64,000 bases of DNA from Eukaryota sp. TZLM1-RC (taxonomy: Eukaryota; Protista; Metamonada: BaSk clade). The translations under genes were made by a program, and so were the position numbers. Of this stretch, positions 12,946-24,559 are shown in pieces; positions within the stretch are counted from its first letter, which is position 1; each line of letters begins with the position of its first letter. The DNA is taken from contig JAUPSS010000006.1 in assembly GCA_040285825.1 (NCBI GenBank), positions 806,001-870,000 on the forward strand. Direction: 5' to 3'. A model generated the notes under the pieces. That model was not told where the DNA came from. It did not search any database and was given only the letters and a program-made list of their open reading frames with translations.

Positions 12946-15773
12946 ATGGTATATATAGTTTGGATAAACATCGTGTTTAATAATCGTATGTGATTATGCA
13001 ATTTATTTGCCCTGCCTATCTGCTCTTTACAAATTCAGATTTGTTCTTCAGTAAATGCCCATTTGTTTTGGGCAAATGTTGAGTCAGCGGATTTGATTTT
13101 CTCCCACCATCACTAGACCTCTTCTCCTTTCATAATGACAACTCTAGATCCGGGGATCGTTTTCCCTTATCGTTCTGGGTGACTGAGGCTAGACGCTATC
13201 AATTTCTATGCCCTCCATCCGACATCAAAGCCCGATCAATTTCTAACTGTCGTCACTATTCCTTGCTTGTGGGTAGCGCATTTCTCCTTTCCTTTTCCTC
13301 TGCTCTCAAACTCATCCCTCTTCAATTACTGTCACCGTTCAGCACTCTGATTTGATCATCATTATGTGACCCAGATTGAAAGTTACACAGTCGGACTCGA
13401 ACACCGAACAGTATGTCGGCCGACCTATCGGATCTTTTATTTGTCCTCCTCTTTCCTATATTTCTATAGTAATGTAGATTTATATATTGATATTGTTATT
13501 TTTGATCAGTTGTTTTTTGTTTCAACTCTACTACTCTTTTTCCGTATTTTAGGTCTTTCAATATATTTCCTTCTCGTTTAATATTTTGCCATCAAGTTTC
13601 TGCTGCTGTTGGTCTTAAATGAATCGCTCCTTTTCCCTTGCTCTTTCGGTCCTTGTGTCATGCGCTGAAGTTCTTATTACTCTTGTTCAAGCTAATGTTG
13701 ACTTTGATGATGTAGTTGTTTGTTAATTTTTTGCTACTGTTTACACTATTGATATAGTGAGTGCGTTTGCTACTCTTGGTTATTTTAACCGAATTTGGAC
13801 ATGATTAATGCTATGTTTCTGAAGTATCATTAATTAATTTAAATTCAATGGGGATATATGGTAAATTTATTTAAATGTTCTGTATTATTGGGTGAATTCA
13901 TTTGAATTTTTGACTTTAATTTTGTGTTTTTCGCTGGTATTTGTTTGTTTATTTTTAACCAGAGTCTCTACCAAATATTGAGAGTAATTCTCTTTATTTG
14001 GAGTCTTTTATCACAAATACATAAACGACTGAGTCATCATCAATCATTCAGTTTTTAACTGTTTGAGATTGATTACGGTTAAGAAAGATCTGATTACATG
14101 TGTCTGTATAGTCTGCATATTTTTGGATTTTTGTAGGTTCTGAAGAGCAAAGGTCGTTCAGTTTGAGGACAAGGAAACCTATCAAAGTTCTGGGAGGTTG
14201 CCGGGGCTAACTTGGTTATTGATTCTGTCTTGGTAGGATCAATCCGGCGTTGGCCGTTTTCAAATATTGAGCCACTAACCTTGGTGGGTTATTCATTGTT
14301 CTGGAATGAGCACCTATGGAGAGCAATGCTGACTCGATAACGAGCTTGAAGATGTGGTCTAGTCTAGATGAAAAGTCCTTCTAGTTGTTGGAAGCTACTA
14401 TAATGTCATCTATGTAGATGAATACTCTTTCTTACATTGTCATGTCTGACATAAAATCAGCTTACATATGCTGCGCGCAAAGCTTAAGTGCTTCCACTCA
14501 GCAGGAGACAGATTCTCGACCGGTATGGTTCAGATAGGGAGCGACTGAGTTGAAACTGCAAAACTGCATGATTTAGAGCAGTATTTTGGGCACAGGACGA
14601 TTCCTTACTAACTCTAGTAATTACTGTTGCTTTTCGTGCACAATACATAAAGAAAAAAGGATCTATTAGAAGGAGACGACGTTTGATGATGTGATTCACT
14701 TTCCTAAATGGGAAAGTCATGCTTAGCTGCTGCTAACAGTTTAACCAAACCGCCCATTGAACGATTTCACTGAGGGTGACTTGTCAGGTATGTGAAAATG
14801 AGATAACAAGGAACCAAAATCTCCTTAGAGATGAGAACATTTAAGAAAAATGTGTTGATGATGCTGAAAAGAGTGATCGAAATTTTGGCGTATCATCATG
14901 AGAACATTTCTGGACTGGTATCGCGAATTTAATTGTTTTTTTTTCTTATTGATATAGTGATGAGGGTTACAACTACCAAGAATTTCAAACAAGTAGGTTG
15001 GATGACGATCAAGCTGAATCAGAGGATGAAGATCACACTTCAATGGTGGATCTGTATAATTTGCGAATAACGGAAGAAAATTCTTGAGATCATGTAAAAT
15101 TCCTTCACGAAATTTCGGTTAAAAGATAGTTGTGAAAGTAAGAATGGTGTTTCTATAGCAACCGTTACCAGCAGTTAACTGATTAGTTCTTTTTGTATTC
15201 GATGTGGACTTGAAAAATTGTCCCTTCAAAATGGTGTGACACTTTTCATTTGTTAATAGCAAATCATTGTGGTTCTGGTCTTTGCTGCAAGAACAAAAAC
15301 AATAGCTTGGATCACGTCCGATAATATGAGACAACTCTTTTGGTTCCCAGTAATTGGGTGAATTGATAAGTTCTGGTTTGATTCAGGGTTTAGTTTTGTC
15401 AATTTTTGGGGTCAACCACCGTGGTCTGTGAATATAACCAGTTTCCTTTCTTTCAAGTAGTTTTCAAAACCACTTTGAGTTAACATGAGCAATATGACGT
15501 AGAGTTCCTTTTGGTTTGTTCCTTTCGATTTGTTCCCATATGAAGAAGTATAAAGAAGTTAAAGATACGAAGGAAGGTTCGAAGTGCTAGGAATGGAATC
15601 ACTAGCCTGGAGAGGGAAACAGACAGATTATTAACTCCACTTACTGTTGAATTTAGATCCTGAAGTTGGAACGGCAGGATTTTTGACTGACTCTCCTTAC
15701 AGTTGGAACTGAAGGAGGTTGATGGGAGGATGGAACCTCAGACTCAGGTCTAGGAGATGAAGTTGGGACTTCA
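12946..15773 (-). repeat. Right arm of the 2.83-kb inverted repeat
   Basis: Reverse complement of 1-2828. Confidence 0.97.
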
Positions 15774-16390
15774 GTGTCTTGTCGAGAGGGAGGAGTTTGG
15801 ACTTCAGATCCTTCTGTAGTGTTTTGAGAAGGTTGAACCGTCTCTCTTCTTTGAATAGAATGTGAAGGTGGAACTTCAGAGCTTCTTTGAGGGTGGGGAG
15901 AAGATGGGACTTCTGATACCCTGAGTGAAGAAGAAGAGGGAGGAGCTTCGGAATCCTCAGCATCTTCGTCGTCGACTAACGAAGGACTTCATCCTTCTGA
16001 AGAAATAGAATCCTTACAAGGGTTGTCTCCTTCCACAGGAGCGGAATCCCGAGGAGGGAGCTTCCTTCCATTGGAACGGGATCCTCTGGAAGGGAACTTT
16101 CTTCCTTTGGGGTAGAACCTTCAGGGAGAGTGGCTTCAGGAAGCGCAGAAGCTTCAACTGAAGACAGGGGCACGGGAGCTAGGTCTGTGGTTAGTGGTGA
16201 GGAAGAGGGACCAGTCTCTTCCTCGTGGATCCTGCGTCGAGCCTCTGGGGACCCAATACGTATTGATGGTCTTTGCTCGTTAATGTTAGACATACAGTAG
16301 AAATGTAATGAGATTTATTACGAAGAGGAATCGTATTCTCTCTTCTTAAACTAATAGGCGGGATACTAATAAACTAAACTTAAACAGTAA
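15560..16390 (-). mobile_element. 5' LTR remnant (16264 to about 16390) plus frameshifted P/S/E-rich gag-like N-terminus
   Basis: LTR end CATCA at 16264. ORF 15976-16293 (MSNINEQRPSIRIGS...) starts at the LTR-internal ATGTCTAAC. Low-complexity frames continue to about 15560. Confidence 0.65.
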
Positions 16391-16479
16391 TAATTGATTC
16401 TGAAGTGGTAGTTCTTTGATCAAATTCAACTTGGAATCAGTTCATTTCATATTTTAGTGTCAAGAAAACCACTCTCAAA

Positions 16480-16835
16480 CTCATTACTGCCTGTTGGGCT
16501 ACCCAATCTTCAGTATTCTTGATAATTTTTGCTTTTTCCAAATTTATTTTTAACCCAATTTTTGAATATTCATTGGACAATAAATGTTGACTGTCAATTT
16601 CCTCATCTAGTAGAATGTATGTATCATCTAAGTAAGATACTACAGAAACCCCTTCCATATGATTTAGTAGTTTAAGAACATGAGATGTACCCAAACTATA
16701 CAGAAAAGGAGATACTGTTGGGTTATGTGCACGAGAGAACAGCATAACAAACGAGGACAGATGTTTATCTACGCAACAAGGAAAATCAAAGGATAAAATT
16801 GCAACAATCTTATTAAAGTAGGGACACGTCATCAC
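16480..16835 (-). pseudogene. Non-LTR reverse transcriptase fragment
   Basis: ILSFDF...SPFLYSLG...VSYLDDTYIL...IGLKINLEK. Confidence 0.75.
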
Positions 16836-16844
16836 TCCAACTAC

Positions 16845-18145
16845 AATGGCTGAGAGCCAACACTACCTCTACTTTCTTTTTCCACGGGTCTTCTTCTTAG
16901 TAACATCTTCGTGGAGCAGCAAAAATCGTTTGTAGGCAGCAGTATTCTTGATTGAGTCTACAGGCTGTACAGTACTGGTCCCGTCTGACCAAATTATAGT
17001 AGCGTCGTTGTTGTCAATAGAATGGATGGCAGCTATGACATGTTCTCCTTTATCAGCGGCGACGGAAGAATCAAGAATTTCTTTAGGCAAGGAGGAAGTA
17101 CAAGGTTTTACTAGGTGGATTGAGGTTTTAAGCAGGTTCTCAGCGATGGGATTCTTCACTAGGATCGAAGAGTTGGTAAGTTGTTTTTCAACAACATAAG
17201 GTCCTACAAAATGGCCATGAAGCCTGGCTGGTTTGTCTCGGATAACAAACACACGATCACCAGGTTGAAACTTACTGGTGAGAGGAGCACTAGGCTCAAT
17301 AGCAATAGAATCCAGATCTATTGTATTTCAAGAATCGGTAAGAGTTTGAGTTAAGGAAGTAAGATGAGCAAGGTAACAACAACATTTTTCGATAGTGTTT
17401 TTAGTACGAGCAGTCCTATTTCTGGTCTTTCTTTCTTTCTTTCCGGGGTTTTTCTTAGGGGAGTCCAGGTTAGTTCGAGATAGGTAGTCTGCCCAAAAAT
17501 TTTTGGGATCTTCGATGTGTACTATGTCGAAATCGAAAGAATTGAAGGACGGTTTAGTCATTAATTCTTCGATTAGGGTTTCCAGAGTACTTGTTAGCCA
17601 GTCTATCTTCAAATAGCTGGTAATGTAAAGATCTATGATATTCAGGCAAGAGGACAGTTAATCGTTTAAGGATTTCAGGGATAGAGGAGATAAGGAAGTC
17701 TTCTGCTTCAGACTTCAATAACCTTTTTAAAGGTTCAGGACGGATTCCATTCAGGAATTTACGGGTCAGAGCTTGGCTATTGCTCTGCGGAGTTGGGGTC
17801 TTCCGGTTAACTTTCACAAAGACACGGGTATACTTTGAAATGGCCTCTTCAGCATCTCGGCAGTTCAGGTTCAGGGTACCACAAGCATACAGCTTGTAGG
17901 CTTGAGCTGTATCCTCTATCTTAGTACAGGACAGGACATGATTGAGAATCTTCTTGGGTTTTCTTGGGGAAATATGGTGAGTAATCAGCAATGTATCGAG
18001 AACTTCAGGGGCGATACATCTTGGGATGTATTGTAACATCAGGGCTTCAGCATCAGCAACAGAGTTATGAGCATCCACAAGGTCATACAGGTGTTCAGGG
18101 TTCTCATCATCTTCAAAAGAACAGGTCAGGTTTATAGGTCAGGTT
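16845..18145 (-). mobile_element. Internally deleted Ty3/Gypsy element: gag piece, RNase H end, integrase C-terminus with chromodomain-like tail, PPT and start of 3' LTR
   Basis: Gag-like KFLNGIRPEPLK (17554-18078); FDFDIVHIEDPKNFWADYLSR; GPY motif (HFVGPYVV); IIWSDGTSTVQPV tail; PPT GGAAAAAGAAAGTAGAGGTAG followed by TGTTGG at 16862. Confidence 0.85.
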
Positions 18146-18146
18146 T

Positions 18147-18430
18147 ATTAGAAGTTCTGAGCCAGGATAGTAACGAGTGCCAAGTTGTATATGCAGGATA
18201 TGTACGAGGCACTGAGCCTGTCGACCGCATTAAGAGCACCAATACCTATCAAGCCTGCCTCTAGACTAAAAAGTCGCGACCCCTGCTGGTCAACCTACTT
18301 GCATGCAACCTCGTAGAGGAGCCAGAAGAGACAGTCGAAAGGAGGGGAAGAAGTAGTGTTAGTCTATACACTATTATAGTGTAATAGTCTTAAAAGTATA
18401 TTCATTATATTTAGTTTACTTGTCGATAAG
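18147..18430 (+). mobile_element. Gypsy integrase tail, PPT and truncated 3' LTR (opposite orientation to its neighbour)
   Basis: TEPVDRIKSTNTYQACL parallels TVQPVDSIKNTAAYKRFL. AAAGGAGGGGAAGAAGTAG then TGTTAG at 18357. Confidence 0.7.
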
Positions 18431-18929
18431 CTTTTCTTTTGTTTTCAGCAGCGTTAGAAAAAAAAAATTTCTCTTAGTTTTGATAACAAGGGACATTTTA
18501 CCACCAAAGCGATATGCTAATGTATATTTAACAAATATAAAGACATCCATTTTTCTCTTGATGCAAATAAATAAAAATAAAAATCGGTGACTACAGAAAA
18601 CTCATTTTTTCAACAAATACATGTTGCCACTTGTCAATCAGTCCTTTTCTTTGTGCATAGCAAAATGTAGAGCACATCATTCAGAGGGGGTAGTGTTTTC
18701 AATTGACGATGAACTTGATATTTTTATTTTATTTAGTTCCTATTCTTTTTACTGAAACATCATAACATTGTAATTTTTTTAAACCAAATATCATTATTAC
18801 AATCTAATGCATTAGATTTATAGCTTTATACGTTGAAATGATATCAATAAATTAATATCAATTATTATTCGTTTTTACTATCTTTCAACCAGTTATTGAT
18901 GAATTGGTATCAAAGCCTGAATAGTTCTA

Positions 18930-19150
18930 GACAGCAATAAAACAATTACAATGAAATAAATGGGTTGGAGTGACAGACTTTCCACATTTACAGATTAATC
19001 CATGTGAAAGATTATTAGGCCAAATAACAGATCGAAGATGCATAGAAGATATAAAGCAAGGGTCATTGAGAAACAAATTATAAATTTTTGGTATTTGATT
19101 AATTAAACAAGAACCACAACCATCGCAAACATCCAATAAAAAATTTGCAA
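18930..19150 (-). mobile_element. RLE retrotransposon zinc-knuckle region fragment
   Basis: FANFLLD...QIPKIYNLFLND...LICKCGKSVTPTHLFHC (CxC-x7-HxxxC), homologous to ORF 62802-63710. Confidence 0.85.
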
Positions 19151-19282
19151 ACTTGTCTTTCTGTTTCAACTTCTTAACATTTTTTATTGACCTTACCTTG
19201 TTAATTTTTGCCACATATGTTGCATTTTTTTAGCCACTACTGAGAATCAATCCCAGAAATATTGTGAAGTGAACATAAATTT

Positions 19283-19388
19283 TGGGACGTGATGGGATTC
19301 GAACCCATGATTAGGGTTTTGTGTCATTCAACACAATCATTCGCTTCAACCAATGTCAAAACTTGACACAAAGTTGAGCCTAAGAGTC
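19283..19388 (-). repeat. tRNA-like repeat family A, copy 2
   Basis: GACTCTTAGGCTCAA...TTGGTT...ATGGGTTCGAATCCCATCACGTCC, with a canonical B-box GGTTCGAATCC and T-stem. Confidence 0.6.
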
Positions 19389-19789
19389 GTGTTATTAGTG
19401 GATGTGATATTTATGAACCTGTTATCACCCTTGTTAAATCATATGTGCCAGTAACGGCAAATTTGAATTAACTGAGATTACTCTATCTATGAATTATACT
19501 GCAACACCATCGTGTTTTAGCTTCATGGTGGTAGATCTTTTTGGTAGATCTTCCTGTTGACAGCCACTGTCAACAATTTTCAAAATGTTGTTTTTGTTTT
19601 CATGTTGGTTATTTCAAATGTGGATTTTTCTTACTTTTCAAGTTGTTTAAATTGTTTGAAATTTGAATGAGATCTTTATTCATTCATTTTTAGAGTATTT
19701 TTTTTTAATTTATTACGAAGCCAAAATGGGTGTTTTCGGCTCAAGTGGAAAGGCACAAGTAAAACAAGATTGGAACAGAAAAGTGATAA

Positions 19790-20412
19790 TTTATTTAAAT
19801 GTGACATATGAGATGTTCAAGTGTTACAATTTTAGTTGCAAAGTAGAACCTTTGTTGAAGCATTATAGTGATGATAATCTTTTTAATTCACGTCGAGGTG
19901 ATTTAATTGCTCCTTTTGTGGATTCCTCTCAAGTTGTTGTTGATTTCACTACAGTTGATCCCTTTACTTTTATTTATCGTGATGATGTTTTACTTAGTGC
20001 TAATGGTCATTTAAACAAGGCTGAAGATCGTAAGAGAGATAAATATACTGAGATATTAAATGATTTAAATAAGAACCTTTATTCGAAGTTTTCGTTTGTT
20101 CCTTTTGCCTTTTCGATTTTTGGCAACATTGGACAATCCGCCTTGAATTTCATCAATGATTTTGGTAATTTATGTCGTTCAAGTGGTAAGAATTTTGCAG
20201 AGAATTTATGGAAAAATCGTATCATTTTCGCTTTGTACAGAAGTGTTCCCAAGTACTTGAGTTTAATGATGTCTAAACTTTATAAGGATTCATCAAGAGT
20301 TGGCGTGGAGAATTTAGTTTCTTATGTGTTTTAGTTTGTTCTATTTGATTCTTCGTAGAAAATAAATAAATAAATTTATTTAAACTAATTAAATTAAATT
20401 AATTAAATTAAA
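19790..20412 (+). mobile_element. RLE non-LTR retrotransposon 3' end with TAAA/TTAAA-type tail
   Basis: VEPLL...RRGDLI...VVDFT...AEDRKRDKY...FVPFAFSIFG restriction-like endonuclease motifs, stop at 20334, then a short UTR and AATAAATAAATAAA... tail. Confidence 0.9.
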
Positions 20413-20654
20413 TGATTTGTGGTTTCTTTGCTGCAACAAGTTTTGATAAATCTGCCAAGCACTTAAAATACCTGGGGTTTCAGACATAAAGGAGTAACCA
20501 AAAAGTCAAAGTCCTTACTTGTATGGTGTAGATCGTCTATTAATTGGTGTTGATTGGTGAAATACCTCAAGCAATATTGGAAATATTCTTACTATGAGAA
20601 CAATATCAATAAGAGAACAATCAAACCTAGTATAACAAGTCAAAGTGATTGGTG

Positions 20655-20990
20655 TGATGTTCTGCGGGGGTTAGACATAGTATACCTAAAACCAATGTAA
20701 TTTATTACGAAAGCACAAAAGTTTCCTTCGACTTATGCACTAAAGCGCAATTGTACAAAAAACTAGATTAAACTATAAAAACTATTCTAAACCAAATAAC
20801 AATGAAGCTGACCAAGGCTAACACTTCCCTTTCTCCTTTTCGAGCGTCGAGGCCTGGAAACCGCAGGAGAAATCGCGTTGTTAGAATTACGATTACCTGT
20901 TTACAAGAGAAGAGGGAGGGGCGAGGTTTTGATAAAGACTCTGCAAAAGCTTCATAAACGTAATTTCACAACAGCAAAATGAAGATAAGA
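20655..20990 (-). mobile_element. Gypsy 3' end: integrase tail, PPT (20824-20840) and 3' LTR (20655-20823)
   Basis: RPRRSKRRKG reads through PPT AAAAGGAGAAAGGGAAG into TGTTAGCC. LTR ends ACATCA. Confidence 0.75.
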
Positions 20991-21059
20991 CGAAGAGTTC
21001 AAAAGTACAGAAGGCAAACTTGAAGAAAAACACTTATTTCACACATCAATAGGTAGTTC

Positions 21060-21969
21060 CTGCACCATGTTCTCGAGTAAAATTACTGAAGGATGTGATA
21101 TATTCAGAGTCTGAATCTGAGTTTCCACTCAAAAAGATAATTTTTCATACCACCAATAAAAGCACTTTTGCATAAATATTCTGCTTTGGAAAAACCAACT
21201 CCACCAAATTTTGGACTAAAAAATGCATAATAAAGAATTTTGGACGTACAAACTACCACTAAATCTTCTAAAAAATTGGTTCTCAGAGCATTTAATTGAG
21301 AACAAAATCACGTCAAATTGTAGAAAGATAAAGAACAATAGAGGTGGTTAATTTACGATCCAAAACACACATTCACGACCGAAAACGCTAAATGCATATC
21401 AATTTTTAGTTCTTGAATAGCTAAAAGTTGCTCTTCAATTTTCCCCAAAGTACCTGTCAAAATCGATTTGATATATTTACTATTTCCAAATTAGGAGCCA
21501 AGAAAACGAATCGCATAGACTTCATAATCAACATATTTGATGAAAGTTTCATTAAATACTACCTCAACATTCTGATTACCAATAATGGATCTCCCTGTTT
21601 GACACCTCTTGATGAAGAATTATCCTCAGAATAGAAAATCAGGCTAGAAGGTGGTCGATATATACGGCAAAAGAAAATAATTGAGAAAATTCAAAAATAT
21701 TTATTGAATTTGCACACTAAGTTAAATTAACTCATAGCTAATGGGACGACTATCATTGAACCAAGATTTCCTCTACAAAATCTTGACCTGCTTGTTGTCT
21801 AGCTAAAGCTTCTCTTATTCGACTGAAAAGCCTAGGTAATCTATTAATAATGGCGAATCGAATCCGTGAACGCCATGAAAAATATCAAATCTTTTCATTT
21901 TTTTTCTTGAACCATTTTTTGGAAATCATTTAAAAAAATTTCTGCTTCGTCTTGACTTTCTTCCATCTA
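21060..21969 (-). mobile_element. Three RLE retrotransposon fragments (thumb/linker about 21060-21330, RT about 21570-21700, RLE tail about 21706-21969)
   Basis: FGGVGFSKAEYLCKSAFIGG; SSRGVKQGDPL; 21706-21969 is a direct repeat of about 56421-56682. Confidence 0.75.
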
Positions 21970-22760
21970 TGATGATCTGCGGGGGTTAAACATAGTATAC
22001 CTAAATGTAAAGTAATTTATTAACAAACAAAGGGGATTTCCCTCAACTGAAGCGCATGGGCGCAATGATACAATAAACTATAAATAAACTATTATAAATA
22101 TTATCCAAGGATAACACAGCCCTTTCTTCTTTTCGAGCGTCGAGGCCTGATAGGTGTAGGATTAACATTATTATTAATTTTATCAGAACGACGTTTACGG
22201 TGTGAAGGACGAAAGCGAGTATTAGATATAGACTTGGAGAATTCTTTGTAAGCAGAGGTGTTTTGAACAATCGAAACCAGCTCAGTGGTAATATGATTGC
22301 CAGGCTATTGGACTTAGCAGTGATCACCATCTTGACTGGAGACTTTCTGAATCACATGCTTTTCGGTATCAACGGCTGAAACCCAGAAGTGGAATTCATC
22401 ATCTACAGGAGGATTTGATTTGTTCCCAAATCACTTACTACCATATTGGATGCGTCACAACTGATAAGTACTTGCTTATCCACCGGGCGTAAGTTTAAGG
22501 CCATGTGCTCCGCGATCAGATTTAATTTCGGCTAAATGGAAGACTTGAGCGTTTTTTATTGCGAGCGACGTGGTTAGCCGTGCATTAATTTGATCATCCG
22601 GGCAACACCTCTGGTTACCTGCGGAAGTCATTTTCTAATAAAGTTGAATGAACCGATAAGGCTACGGGCGCCTTTCACCATCTAAGGTCTGGAGAGATGC
22701 AGTAAATACTTCGTACTTGTAGGATTTCACTGGATGCGGCGGCAAGTAGTAGTGTTTGTT
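21970..22760 (-). mobile_element. Internally deleted Gypsy element: RT connection/RNase H start, integrase tail, PPT, 3' LTR (21970-22116)
   Basis: SLIGSFNFIRK*LP...KQVLISCDAS; TTELVSIVQNTSAYKEF; RPRRSKRRKG-CVILG* across the PPT and LTR. The LTR abuts an RLE fragment. Confidence 0.8.
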
Positions 22761-22924
22761 TAATTTCAATTCTGACTGTCTATTCATCTCAATCTTATGA
22801 CGATTTCGCTTACACATTTGGGTAAATAATCAACAATATGTTTTGTATCGTCCAAACATTCGTAGCTGTGTTTGTCAGTTGTTGTGGTTTAACAGTAATT
22901 TTTTTGATTGTTCTTTTTTAACAA

Positions 22925-23228
22925 CTTTTATTCAACAGCGTTATGAAGATATTGGTCTTTCATTGAATATCTCCAAATGTTTGATTATTGGCCATGAACC
23001 AATTGATTTTTTCATTAATGATGTCAATGTCCCCTTTATCAATTATGATCAGTCTGGATTTCGTTTTTTGGGTTGTTATCTGGGAAATATTGATGAAGTC
23101 AAAGGCCAACTTTCGACTCTGTTGACTCAATATGGACATGAATTAGAATCAATAGAAAATTTAAATATTGAGAAACATTTGAAATTCTTTTTCCTAAAAA
23201 TTTTTTATTCTGGAAAATTTACTCATAT
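22925..23228 (+). mobile_element. RLE retrotransposon RT C-terminal fragment
   Basis: IGLSLNISKC...FRFLGCYLG...KHLKFFFLKI. The segment 23030-23225 is a close inverted match to about 63803-64000. Confidence 0.9.
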
Positions 23229-23230
23229 TA

Positions 23231-23357
23231 TTCTTAAACGATTATAGATATTAAAAATAGTAGAATTAAAATAAAAATTTATTATAAATTTGAATTTACT
23301 CGTTATTTAAAATGACATTTGTTTCTACCTAATCACAGTATATGAAAATTCAACAGA
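23231..23357. repeat. Dispersed repeat, inverted copy at about 31288-31414
   Basis: TTTGTTTCTACCTAATCACAGTATATGAAAATTCAACAG is shared in reverse complement. Confidence 0.8.
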
Positions 23358-24559
23358 ACACCAGTATTATATTTTAGGCGGAACCTTCATATATTTAGCC
23401 CCAAAAACTCTCAATAGAACTGAGAACAAAAAGATGTGCCAGGATTACTACAGAAAAAAACTCGACAGAAAAAACTCTGCTGTCATTGCAATCAGATAGT
23501 GATAATAGCCCTTAACGGAATAACAATTCGGAATCAATTGGCTCAACGGAGGAGGAATTGTCATGGAACGAGGCTTCGGTGTTAAGACAGTGCGTGATAC
23601 GAGTGGCGCAGAAGCTTGACCAGCTGTCCAACCCACTAGATTACTGTAGTCGGGGTCCATGGCCACAAAGAAAGGGTTGGGATTCTGGGGAGAACAGGGC
23701 CTTTGTCGCAGACTTGGATGTATTTTTGGTCTTCTGAGTGTCTTGACTTTCTGCTACATTGTCTTTAAACGCTTAATTTGAGAGGCGTGGAAGTCTTCCA
23801 TTTCAGCTGAAAATCGTTGATTAAATTAATATTATTTTTTGTTCAGTCGGTAGAATTTTAGTGCAAAAATATGAAAATAATACACTGTAAATTTCACTCA
23901 AAATGCATTTGTGAAGCTAATTTCACACACAAAACTTTCACACATTTGTTCATTTGATGTCTTCATATGCCAATTATGCTCCAAATTCTCCTGTTAAAAT
24001 GAAAACAGCTGACGTAATGTTCGTATTGATTTTCCTTGATTTCCCATCTCCTTATGCAACATAACCAACAACCAACACAGCACGATACTGCATAACACAG
24101 CACAAACAATCTGAACTTTCGCTTACACCAATGATAAATAGTCTGAATGTTCCTGTTCAACTATTCACTTTCGCACAGGTCTAATGCATTACCCATCAGA
24201 GAATATTAGAGCTTAGGATTTCAATTCGTGAGTCGGGAAATAGAGTTTCGTCTGTAGCATTTATGACACAATCTTTGGAAGGGCAGATTATGAAGGCAGA
24301 CAATGTAGATCCACATACAACAGAATAGTTGTGGATTCAGTAATAGTTAATATATATTGAATAATCTTTATTCCAAATGTGACAATAAACTTTGATGTCT
24401 CTTATTATCTCTTTAAGGGTGGTCACAACTTCTTGTGCTCTGAAGTAGAACTCTTCTATTCTTAAGAGGACGAAATAACCATTCCAGTCTGTTTCACCAC
24501 TCATTTGAAGATTTGAAGGAAGTATGATGGTCCATTTGCCTCGCCTATCCACCACGTCT

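Noticed and set aside
1-15773. The inverted repeat as the TIRs of one giant DNA transposon or Polinton-like element
   Set aside because: The loop has no recognisable polymerase, integrase or capsid gene. The arms are retroelement debris, and a third copy extends past the inner boundary.
19283-19388. Functional tRNA gene
   Set aside because: The acceptor stem is mismatched within each copy, there is no clear 7-nt anticodon loop, and the length is excessive.
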